DNA of 64,000 nt, taken from the NCBI GenBank assembly GCA_001600695.1, contig BCKQ01000002.1, positions 2,222,271 to 2,286,270 of the forward strand, in the 5' to 3' direction. Positions 23,938-35,125 of the stretch are shown here, one piece after another (positions within the stretch are counted from its first letter, which is position 1; every line of letters begins with the position of its first letter). Made by a program: the position numbers and the translations under genes. The notes beneath the pieces were generated by a model, which did no database searches, was not told where the DNA came from, and saw nothing but the letters and a program-made list of their open reading frames with translations. The stretch is from Ascoidea asiatica JCM 7603. Its lineage: Eukaryota > Fungi > Ascomycota.

Positions 23938-26384
23938 CTATATTATGAGATTATTTCATTATATCATTATCATTGAATCGTTAAACAGTTTTATTGATAA
24001 GATATTTGTAGAATTAATTAGAATTTTAAACAATTTTTTTGAAAATTAATGACTTCTATACAATACCCCTTGACTTGAGACATTTTACCTATCAATTTTT
24101 ATTAAAATTTAATTATAAATTGACATTGAATTTTTTTTCGATAACTTCGGAACATTATTATTATTAATCCTGTAAATACTTTATACTAGAAAGAGATAAA
24201 ATTAAACCAATTAATTACTCGTTAAATACATATTGATTACTTATGAGTTACCTATTGTTTATCTATCAATTACCTATTAATCATTTAAGTAATGATCTAT
24301 TTATCAGATATGATAATCTATTATGGTTTTTTTAGATACGATAACGTTCATTTGGGAATTGCGATAAGAAAATTTCAATATTGCAGATTCATAGACATTG
24401 TAAATAATCAGGCTATTAACTATTTATTTTACTTTCCAAAATAATTGATCAATTTCATTGTTTAAGAACCAGTTTCATTTCATTTCAATTTAGAAATTAA
24501 ATCAATTATACTTAGATTCAAAATAATTAGTAACATTCCATTATTTTTATTTCTTCTTTATCTATATTTACATCTACCTCTACATATTTTTTACACTTTA
24601 AAATTAATACAATAAATAATTATACAAGATCATCAAAATAAACCTCTTTATCTTTTTAGCCTTTTACCCTCAAAATGGTTAATTTACTATCAGGATTTCA
24701 AAAGGGAAACTGAGATCGAAATATTCTCAAATTAAATTTACGAGAATTTAATTTATCTTCTTTATATTTTATTGGGTTTTTTTACTTTCCTGTACTTTTT
24801 CTTAGTATCTTTTACTTTTTTTTTCAGTTTTTGAATGAATATTTTTTTTTTTTTTTCAAGCTAACAAAATTCCTGTTAGCGGGATTGAGGGATATTTCCA
24901 TCACTGGTAAAATTCCGGAATAAATTTCTGAAAATTAGGGCACTGTCACTAAATTGTGATTATGTAAACCATTAGGTAATATTTTGTTAGCACCAGGCCT
25001 TTTTTATTTTTTTAAAAATCACATGCTCAGGCTGAGACCTAATAAACGGATCTGTTTTTGATTTTTGATTTTTGATTTTTTATTGATGAAGAACTGATTG
25101 TTTTCTTAGTTTTTCCCGTGAATGGTAATGAATAGTTTTCAAAATTTAATTTATAATTATCATGATACTTAAAACCAATAACCTAATCTTTTTTTATACT
25201 TGCATCCTGTAGAATTTACTTATAATGTTTATTCTAAAGTATATTTTATTGCAAAGTAGAAATTATGAAATAGTCTAAAAGCAGATATTGCACATTTTTC
25301 CACACTGTCCTGTCCTAACAGATATGCTGGGACAGTTTTGGAGCCAGCCAAAAACTGTCTCATCATGCTTTTCGCTTTCCTATCAGGCAAATAATACATT
25401 TTACAAAGTTATACGACGCAGAGCTACTTACCAACGGAATATTGTCCATATTTGTAATATTCGAAGTGGAAATTAAAACGAAAGATACCTTTTTAGGAGA
25501 ATCGGATATAATTTGAAAATGGATGTTTGCAGCTGAACTGGGGTTATCGGATAGACGGCTGTTGTGCCGGTTTCGGGAACTTTTCGGCTGAGTTGCAGAT
25601 CTCTTTCCCAATCGAGACATGACCTCAGTATTTTTCTAGTCTAGGCACGCGTTTAACCCTTTCAAATGGAACAGTATCGGCTCCTGTTTTAGAAGCCAAA
25701 TCTTGGAAAAAAAAACTTTTCCCTTTTAAAAATGGAACATAAATGCATATATTATAGTGATTTTCCAGCTTGTGGTCTCATTGAACCTATGTAATAAGTC
25801 TTGCACAAGATTATTTATTTATCCATGAATACTCGCCTGAAATATTTGAAGAATTTTAAACAATTTTAGAGAATTTAAGAGAATTTAAAGTGTTTTGAGA
25901 ATCAAGTAGAGTTACTATTACCAAAATTATCTGATTCGTTCTTTATTCTAATAATCTTAGATAATCGTAAGCTAGCAAACTGAAAAGAAACAGAATATAA
26001 ATGAAACTATTTAACAGGCTTTTGATAGACTAAAAATACAGTATCTACTTGAATTAAAAATATCTAATTGGAGTAAAAGCTGAATGAAGTATTTGATACT
26101 CCTTGATAAAAAAAAACTAAAAGAACTATGAAATACACAAAGAAATTGAACAGTAGAAAAAGAAGTTGAAAAGTTTCTTACGAAGGCTTTTAAAATATTT
26201 TCAGACCCAGGTATAAGCCCTGCCTGAAACAAAATTGAGCCAGGAATATTGAAAAAAAGAGAGGCTAATAATTTACTGTAGGTTATAAATATTTTGGTTT
26301 CTCAAATTCGGGAAATATCAAAGATACATCTGAAATTTGTTAGTCTAAGAATATTACAGTAAAAAAAATGACTTGATATTAGAA

Positions 26385-26475
26385 TCAAATTGATTTAAAT
26401 TGAATTCAATTTAATTGTATTGAATTGATTTGCTTTGAATTGAAATGAATTAGATTGGATTGGATTGAATTGAAA
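26385..26475. repeat. Degenerate (ATTGA/ATTGG)n pentamer array
   Basis: Seen directly, e.g. gaattgaaatgaattagattggattggattgaattgaaat. Confidence 0.7.
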
Positions 26476-27998
26476 TAATGTGAAAACATGGTAGTTGAAA
26501 TGACTAAGAAATTAAGAACTAGAAAACAGCATTACACAGTAGTAATTAATATTGTTCAGTAGTAAAATGTAAATCTAATACATAATTACAATCCACATGT
26601 AAATATCATTACGAGAAATAATAATACGTAATAGAGTACTTATAGGTTAAAAGTTGGACATGTCCTGTAAGAAAACCTGCAAACCACGAACCATTTTTCA
26701 ACAAATACTGGTCAACTCCAGCTAAAAACTACAAACTACGTAATCGATTGAAATTTTGATATTTTAATAATTTTACAATACTTTTTGAGGAAATTTACTA
26801 CTAAAGGTCTCTAAATACTACAGGTTTTCTTCGACGAGAAAAGAAATATTATATTGTACTGTAAAGCTATCAAGGATCCCAGCCAGGAGCTGCTTTACTG
26901 TTACGATTATTGTTATTATTATTGTTATTATTATTATTGTTATTATTATTTATTTATTGAATAATTTTTTTAATAGTACAGTACTGTTTGTTTATCATTT
27001 AATTCTAAATCCAATTACTACTTATTTGAAATATAAATAAGAAGTTAATTTTCTTTAATTCAATTGAATTCAAAAACTTAATATCAACTATTAATTATCA
27101 AATATTAAATTCAGGAACAATAGGAATTGTAATAAACTCTCTATGTCATTTATTTATGTTTCTTTAACAAAATAATCAATTCAAAGAAAATATTAAAGTA
27201 CACTGGTTTTATTAACTAAAATTTTTTAGTAATTTATTTATTTCCTTATAATATTTTACTCACAGCATTTATTTATTTCTTCTTTTCATTTCATTTTAAA
27301 ATTTTCTTTTTTTCTTCAATTGAAATAAGCATTAATAACATATTTCAATTCTGTCAATTTTCCTGAAATCCTATATTATATTTCATTACAATAAAAGAAG
27401 TACAAAAAAAAAAAACACCAAACATTTTTAATTTATATTCTTTTTCTCATTTCATTTTATATTATACTACTTTTTTTTTATATTATATCATTCAATCAAT
27501 CAAATAATTAATCAGTTAATCAGCCAGTCAATATATCAGTTAAGAAGTCCGCATACTAAATAAAAATATTCCATCATTGTTTAAAAAGCAACACACTTTC
27601 CACAAATCTTATTTTGCTTTCAAAATTTTTTTAGACGTTTTTATCTCAAAAAGAAACTAAATTTCAAAAGTCCCATAAAAAAAAAGAAAATATTTTTCAG
27701 ATACAAAAATTAATTCAAAATTGAATACAATCAACTTCTAAAAAATAACTATCAATAAACTTCACAAGTAATAAAATACAATAAGAAAACCTCAGATTCA
27801 CCTTTGATAATATTAGCTTAATTTTTTTTTGTTCGTATATGAATTCATAAGTGTATATTCTTTACTTATTAAGTCTTAGTCATTATTACTTTCCAAGTTT
27901 TTTTTTTACTTTTAAAAATAAAATATTTTACTAAACTTCTCGAATTTTTTTTATCTTTATTCTTTTTTTTTTCTCGTCATTATTTATAATATTACATA

Positions 27999-29999
27999 AT
28001 GAAAAGTAATATACTGTTTCTCCGATTTTTTTTTACCTTTAATTTAATTTTTTTAATAAGTTTTGCAAATGGGTCAGATTTAACTTCAATTAATACTTCA
28101 ACTTCAATTTTAACTTCAAAAGTAAGTTCTATTAATTCAATTAGTATTTCTTCTTCAGCAAAATCAAATTCAAGGCTGTCTTCTGCTACAACTTCATGGA
28201 CTGTTCAAACTTTACCTTTAGCTTCTGATACTGGAAATGTTTTACATATAAATTTGAATGTTGGTTCTGAAAATGAACTTCAACAATTGAGAATTGATAT
28301 TGCCCAACCAAATTTATGGCTTTTAAATTCAGAAAGTTATGACATTTGTGAAACAGAGACATCAACATCAACATCAACATCAGCATCATCTTCAACTACC
28401 AGTTCTGAAACAGAAACTGAGTCGTCTTATAATCCATATATTACTTGTGCACCTTCTGGAATTGCATTTGATTCCTCTGATTCAAATTCATTTGAAAATC
28501 TAACATCTAATAAATATACTAATTCATCAAATCAAGATTCACTTTATTATTTCTTGAATTCAATTGCCTTCAACTCTGATTCTTATAGTTCTGATAATTT
28601 TCAATATGAGGTAGTATCTAAAAAAAATTCATCAAAAACAAATAATTTTTATTTAAATGATACTCAATTTTTATTAGCCAAAAATTCAACATTATCAACA
28701 GGTGCTTTAGGTCTAGCTGCACCTCCAACATCCTTTAATTCAAATTCAAATTCTTCCACTCAAAAATCACCATATTTTTTAAATCATTTGAAAGAAAAAA
28801 ATTATATAAAATCTGCTTCTTATTCTTTAATATTTAATAATTTTAATTCTTCGAATCAAACAGAAATTGATTCATTCTCAGATACAGATTATAATGAGAC
28901 TAATGCCGCTTTTCTATTATTAGGTGGTGTTAATAAAAATTTTTATACAAATGATTTAGTATATTTTGATTTTTTAACATATACAACTCTGACAGATGGA
29001 TTAAATAAGTCAGATTCTAATAATATGTTTTTAGTTGACTCTTCTTTAAATGTTAATAATCAATTTACTTATGCAGATAAAAATTTACCAATAATTCCAT
29101 TAACAGGTTTATCAGTTAGTAATACCGAGACAAATTCATCATTTTGGTTTAGTAATTCAAATTCAATAACTCCGGTGTTATTAGACTCTAGAATTTACTA
29201 TCTTTATTTACCAACAGATTTAATTGTTCAATTAGCTATTCAATTGAATGCATATTATATATCCCAAAATGAAAAATGGGTAGTTTCTTGTGATGTTGGA
29301 GAATTGAATGCCACAACAAATTTTCAATTTGGTAATTTAACTATTGAAATTCCAATTTCTGATTTAATTTATCCTGCAGTTGATTCAGATACTAATGAAG
29401 TTTTAAAATTCAGTCAAACTGATGAAAGTGCTTGTTATATATTAATTAGACCATCTGATGAATGGGGATTTTCAATATTAGGTACACCTTTTCTAAAAGC
29501 AGTTTATTTAGCAATGGATTTAGAAAATCATAGATTAGCAATGGCTCAAGCTATATCAGATGTTGCATCATATATTGCTCAGGATGATGATGATAATAAT
29601 AATGATACAATTGGATTAATTCAATCAAGTACTATACCATTTGCTCTTAATAACAATATTACAGCATATAATTCATCTGCAAGTTCAACTGCTAATTTTT
29701 ATGATCAAATTACAATGCTAATTCTGCCAACTGGAGCTGATTTTGAAAGTGAAGTGGATATAACAGATGATGAAATTGTAAGTATTGTAAGTGGAATAAT
29801 TTTTACTCAAGTTAATTTAGCAACTGGACTGGATACAAGTGATTCAAATAATTCTTCAAGTTCAGATTCATCAACTTCCAAAGGTTCTGGAGAAAGTGTT
29901 ATAATTAAAAAGAAAAAACAATATTCAATGAATGATTTAACTGGATTTTTGATATCTTTTTTCTCTGTTTTCATTTTAACAATTGGAATTTTTTTATGA
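27999..29999 (+). CDS. YPS7: Yapsin-family aspartic protease-like protein, Yps7-like
   Basis: Signal peptide; pepsin fold with degenerate motifs RIDIAQP and LLDSR; LLLGGV; ILGTPFLKAVYLAMDLEN; Ser-rich linker and hydrophobic C-terminus (GPI/TM). Confidence 0.8.
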   Translation: MKSNILFLRFFFTFNLIFLISFANGSDLTSINTSTSILTSKVSSINSISISSSAKSNSRLSSATTSWTVQTLPLASDTGNVLHINLNVGSENELQQLRIDIAQPNLWLLNSESYDICETETSTSTSTSASSSTTSSETETESSYNPYITCAPSGIAFDSSDSNSFENLTSNKYTNSSNQDSLYYFLNSIAFNSDSYSSDNFQYEVVSKKNSSKTNNFYLNDTQFLLAKNSTLSTGALGLAAPPTSFNSNSNSSTQKSPYFLNHLKEKNYIKSASYSLIFNNFNSSNQTEIDSFSDTDYNETNAAFLLLGGVNKNFYTNDLVYFDFLTYTTLTDGLNKSDSNNMFLVDSSLNVNNQFTYADKNLPIIPLTGLSVSNTETNSSFWFSNSNSITPVLLDSRIYYLYLPTDLIVQLAIQLNAYYISQNEKWVVSCDVGELNATTNFQFGNLTIEIPISDLIYPAVDSDTNEVLKFSQTDESACYILIRPSDEWGFSILGTPFLKAVYLAMDLENHRLAMAQAISDVASYIAQDDDDNNNDTIGLIQSSTIPFALNNNITAYNSSASSTANFYDQITMLILPTGADFESEVDITDDEIVSIVSGIIFTQVNLATGLDTSDSNNSSSSDSSTSKGSGESVIIKKKKQYSMNDLTGFLISFFSVFILTIGIFL

Positions 30000-30577
30000 G
30001 CCAGGTATTTTTTTTTTCAATAGTTAATCTATTTATTTATTTTATTTTTTTAATCTCTACTTCATTATTTTTCATTTGCATTTTGATATTTATTTTATTT
30101 TATTTTTTTTAATTTTTCTCAATTTAATTTATTGTTAGATTTCAAAAAGTTTTTAAGAAATTTTTGTTGCATTTTTGCATATTTATCAGTTTTTTTTTGT
30201 TTTTTTTGTTTTATTTTATTTTCTTTTTATTTATTTTAATTTATTTAAAGATATATTATAGTTAGTTAGATATTTATATAGTTGGTTTAGAAAATTCCCA
30301 TAGATGATGATTAAAACAAATTGAATTGTTTTAAGCTCAGGGTCTATTTTTATTTCCAAAAAATTAGTTTTTATTTATTATTTATTGTTTATTTATTGTT
30401 TATTATTTATTGTTTATCATTAATAGAACATGAAATGCGGAATCAATACCCTATTGGGAAACAACGTGGCTGTAAACTAGCCTCTTTCTGACTTATACGC
30501 GGCGGTGCAACTAACTTTAATTTCCGGATTATTCCAGAGTAAAACCGCCCTGCGGAAGCTGAAATTATGGAAATAGC

Positions 30578-32725
30578 CTAACATACATTATTAAAAGCAT
30601 CCTGATTGTAATCATTAACATAAGTTATAACTGGAATACCACCAATATTAGAATTATTGAATTGATTATTATTATTATTATTGATATTGCTATTGTTGTT
30701 GTTATTGATACTGATATTGTTTTCAGTAAATCCAAATGGAGAAGAAATATTAGTAGGAGTTGGTATAGTCTGTGCAGTTATCGTGCTATCTGGACTGGCA
30801 TTGAGACTATTATTCATATGATTATTATGCATATTATTCATAGTATTCATATCATTCATATTTCTCATGTTAGTGATTTCATGGAAGTTATTAATTTCAT
30901 TTTCAAGATGTGCATTTGGTTTTAAATCGCTGAAAAACAAGTCACTCATTAAAATTTCTTTTTCAAAAAAGTTATTTTCATTTTCAATATTATTCATATT
31001 ATTATTGTTATTTATATTATTTCCATTACCATTATGATTATGATGATTATTATTATTTCCATTTGGTGATAATAATTGTTCAATATTAGAAATATCATTA
31101 TTATTAGAGTGATTCAAATTATTATTCAAATTATTGTCAATATTGAAATTCAAATTGAAATCAATTTCTTGATCTGGAAATAAAATTGGACACTCAATAT
31201 TAATATCCTTCATGATCTCATCTATTAATTCTTCATCTGATGAAAGTATATTTGAATTTGAATTTGAATTTGAATTTGAATTTGAATTTAAATTTCCATT
31301 TAAATGTGAATGTGAATTAGAATTGGAATTGGAATTGGAACTACGATTTGAATTAGAATTGTCCTTGGAAATAGTAAATTGATTGGAAAACATCTTACTA
31401 ATAAATTCATCAATTGATTCATCATTTTGTACTTGATTGAAATTATTGATATTATCAGTATTACTATTCATATTATTATTATTATTGTTATTATTATTTT
31501 TCAAACTATTACTAGTCTGTATATTATTGATATTTTTAATTGATGAACTGCAGCTTGTATTATTGCTTGAATCATTACTTTCATTATTACTCATATTAAT
31601 AATACCATTATTTATTTTAACATTTTCCATATTTTCCATGTTATTCATATTCACATTTAAATTAAACTCACTGAAATCTGAATTATAATTTGAATATGGG
31701 GATTCATCTAACTCATTATTTTCATTTTTAAGTTGATTATTTTGATTATCTGAATAAAGATTATAACCTTGATTATAATTTTGATTAGAAACTTGATTAG
31801 AAATTGGATTTTGCTCAAGATTTTGAAGTATATTCTGATTCATATTATGATTTGCATTTTGATTCGTATTTTGGATGATATTCTCGTAATCATCATGAAA
31901 TGAATGCAAAGAATGAACTGGAGGATGAGCTTGAGATTGAGATAGAGGTCGAGGCTGAAGTTGAAATTGAGATGATTCTTGTGATTGCGATGGAACATTT
32001 GATTGTAAGTTTTTTTGTTGGATTAATTTGGAATTTTGAATAGCAACTTCTTGAATTATTTGAAATTTGTTTTTGAATAAATTAATATGAATATCATTAT
32101 TGAAACTTGCAGTATTAAAAGTAGGTTCACCCTCTTTCACTGGATTGATTTTTAGATCTTTAGCACTTATATCCTGAGATTTATTATTATCTGAAATTTC
32201 TTTTTGTTTTTGGTCAGTATTAGTATTATCATTTTCCTCACCATTCTTATTAGTTATAGTAGTCTGTGTATCATTAACTGAATCATTTTCAGTCTCAGGG
32301 ATAATTACAGATATATCTTTCAAAGGGTGATTGTGTTTTTCATTAACAATTACTAAAGACCATTTATTTGCTCTAATAGAAAAATTAGCTCTAATTCTAA
32401 AAGGACATGAATTTGGATTATTTTTTCTTAACAATTTTTGTTTTTCTTTTTGTTTCCTTTCAACTTCATGAAATAAACCTTTTTGAATTAATATTAATTT
32501 TTGTTTTTTTGAAATTCTTTTTTGTCTAACTTTCTTAAAATCTGAAGAATATTGATAACTTTTACATTTAAATACAATTTTTGTATCATCAGACCTTTCA
32601 ATTACTATTAATATTCCTAAAGGTAATAATTTTGTCTGTAGCCATGATTTAATTTGAGATCTACTATCAAACATTGGTTTTTCATCACCACTTATACCAA
32701 ATAATAAATCCTGAGCAGTTAGCAT
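30578..32725 (-). CDS. AFT-domain (Aft1/Aft2-like) transcription factor with Asn-rich tail
   Basis: IKSWLQ, GILIVIERSDDTKIVFKCK, SCPFRIRANFS, WSLVIVNEKHNHPL. Confidence 0.9.
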   Translation of the reverse strand: MLTAQDLLFGISGDEKPMFDSRSQIKSWLQTKLLPLGILIVIERSDDTKIVFKCKSYQYSSDFKKVRQKRISKKQKLILIQKGLFHEVERKQKEKQKLLRKNNPNSCPFRIRANFSIRANKWSLVIVNEKHNHPLKDISVIIPETENDSVNDTQTTITNKNGEENDNTNTDQKQKEISDNNKSQDISAKDLKINPVKEGEPTFNTASFNNDIHINLFKNKFQIIQEVAIQNSKLIQQKNLQSNVPSQSQESSQFQLQPRPLSQSQAHPPVHSLHSFHDDYENIIQNTNQNANHNMNQNILQNLEQNPISNQVSNQNYNQGYNLYSDNQNNQLKNENNELDESPYSNYNSDFSEFNLNVNMNNMENMENVKINNGIINMSNNESNDSSNNTSCSSSIKNINNIQTSNSLKNNNNNNNNNMNSNTDNINNFNQVQNDESIDEFISKMFSNQFTISKDNSNSNRSSNSNSNSNSHSHLNGNLNSNSNSNSNSNSNILSSDEELIDEIMKDINIECPILFPDQEIDFNLNFNIDNNLNNNLNHSNNNDISNIEQLLSPNGNNNNHHNHNGNGNNINNNNNMNNIENENNFFEKEILMSDLFFSDLKPNAHLENEINNFHEITNMRNMNDMNTMNNMHNNHMNNSLNASPDSTITAQTIPTPTNISSPFGFTENNISINNNNNSNINNNNNNQFNNSNIGGIPVITYVNDYNQDAFNNVC

Positions 32726-33556
32726 TTTAGTTTTTTAGTTTTTTAGTTCTCGGATATTTGACGTTTTTTTTTTTTTTATTATTTGCTTCTTTATTGATAA
32801 AGAAAAGAGAATAGAGTCAGGTAATTTGAATAGATTTAATTTAAGATTTTAAAATTTTAAAATATATAAAATTAAATTAATACTGAAATTAATGATATAA
32901 TAATAGACTATAAAACTTGAATGAAAGATTTTTAATGTTCATATGATAAATATGTACTATTGAGATATTTTGTATTTTTTTTTATTTAATTGAATTTTTT
33001 ATTTTATTATTTTCTTTAAAACCTTTTTTAATGTTCTATTTAATATCATAATATCAAACAAAATGAAATATAAAAGTAACAGAAAACTTTAGTGTGATAA
33101 GTGATTTAAATAAAGAAAAAGAAGAAATGCCTTTTGACTTATTGCCAATGAAGATTATTTATATACAGTAAATAGTATCTTTTATAGATGATTGCTTTCA
33201 GAATACAATATATTGTCTATTAAAGGCAAATTTCAGATTTGAAAAGGATTTTTAAAAAATGAAAATGAAAGCTATATAAATTGAGCAATTTTTTAGTAAA
33301 ATCTCTCTGATTTGAAATTATCCTTTAATTCATCTTTATTTTCAATTATTTTGAAAATGAATAAAAGTTAATAATTGTAGCTTTTTATTGTTTTATTATA
33401 TTTTTTTTTTATTATATTTTTTAATATATTTTTTTTAGCTAATGCCGTTTTTCATATTTGATCTTCATTATTACCGTTTTTTATAATAATAAATAGCATC
33501 AACAAAAAATATCGAACAATAGCCCATAAATTTGAGGGCCATTGTAGGTTAGTGAG

Positions 33557-33960
33557 TCAAACCTCAGTCAAATCCTGAAGAAAAGGGAAACATGTTCCGT
33601 TTGCAGAAACAAAGACCGGTTCAGGAGACTCTCCCCGCGATCTCATTGGCGCACAGAGCAAGTCACTGATCAAAAAGATAAATGCTGCCAACCACATGCA
33701 ATGGTAAGTATGCCTACCCAGTCGGCAGCAGATCTCCTGTCTGCCAAGTTGTAATATCCATCTCAGCCAATCAGAAGTGAACTTCGCCAACCAGATTCCC
33801 TTCACCAGCATGACGACACTAACTAAAATAGGTTTCAACTTTTGTGTAAGTCACGTGTAAATTGTTATTACCTGATTTGTGGCTTTTAACGACGTATAAT
33901 ATCATGTGATGTAAACTAAACGAGCGTATTTCAAACAAAAAGGGCGGTTACCACTATATA
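33557..33960. promoter_or_regulatory. GC-richer upstream region of the AFT gene with CCAAT boxes and a Cbf1-type site
   Basis: ATTGG at 33645, CCAATCA at 33767, GTCACGTG near 33850. Confidence 0.45.
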
Positions 33961-35125
33961 ATGTAAATAATTTTAGAAACATCCCTATATTGTTGTCCAT
34001 TCACGTTCTACAGGCTGCTTTGAGATCTTTTAATAGTCCAAATTCGTTCCTTAAGCTTAAACTAATATTCCATGTTTTTTTCCTTTTGTGGAATTGTTTG
34101 AGCTCTGAAGACGAATTTTTCTCTTCGTTTCTTATAACGAGAGTTACATTCAGAAACGAAAATGAAGATTTCATCTTGATTTCTTGTTGTTGGAAATGGT
34201 CTTAAGCATTCGGTTAAGTTAATGCTTCAGAATCTCGATTTTCAGCCTGCGGCTGAATTTCAAATTTATTTTTATGAAATAGAAGTGAATCTAAATAAAA
34301 TTACTCTCTACAGAATTTATGAAAAAACCCATTTCTTTTAACCACAAATCACTTAAACTTCTTGAAACTTGAAAATTTCATCTTTCTGTTTCCTATTTTG
34401 CATGTATTTTCATAATTCATAATTTGTTTTAGAATTTTCGGATAATTGAAATTCCTTTTTTTAAATATGTAACATCCCTGAAACGTTTTTATTTTTGTTA
34501 CCTAAATTCAAGAAGCCTTTCGCCATTTTGTCATCGATCACGTGCAGTTTTAACATTTTTTAGAAATCTCTCATTTCTTAACTTTCTTGAAGTAGATCGC
34601 CATTTTTATGGATCTAAAAAAGCCGAACCTATTTTCGAAAAAAATCTACTGACGCTATAAAATTATCAATATATTTTATCTTCAGATTCGAAAAGAAGAG
34701 AATTAATTTACGGTCAAGTGTTCAAATATTTTGATTTATTTTTTAAGTAAGTTATTTTAAGGTTATTTGATTTTCATTTGAATGAATTGAGCATTGTTTG
34801 ATAAGTGAGGTTTTATTAAAAATGAAAAAAAAAATCTATTGAATATATATTATAATTATTTACTACCCTTATAATGAAGTATATTATAAGCGTTATATAA
34901 AAATTTTGAATCAAATAAAAGTTATATCATAAAAACAAAGAGAATCTGCAAAAGAAACCATACAAAATATAAACAAAAGCCAAAAACCAAGAACTGAACC
35001 AAAAATAAAATAAATAAAAATGGAATTCCTTTTCAAATTCACAGTATAGTACTAAATTTGATTTTCTTGATAAAAAGTGAAAATCATGAAAAAAATAATA
35101 ATTAGAGAAAAAATCAAAAATAAAC

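Noticed and set aside
21065-27998. Centromere or transposon remnant in the 7-kb gap
   Set aside because: No CDEI-II-III arrangement, long inverted repeats, LTRs or transposase/RT fragments seen; a regional centromere cannot be judged from sequence alone.
27999-29999. CUG codon reassignment (several CTG codons in YPS7 and one in the oxidase tail)
   Set aside because: The CTGs I noticed fall at non-conserved positions, so Leu versus Ser/Ala cannot be inferred; a genome-wide alignment is needed.
30223-30586. Terminal intron in the AFT gene from GTATGT to a branch near 30261
   Set aside because: No pyrimidine tract, and the spliced product would add only a few residues; kept only as a side note.
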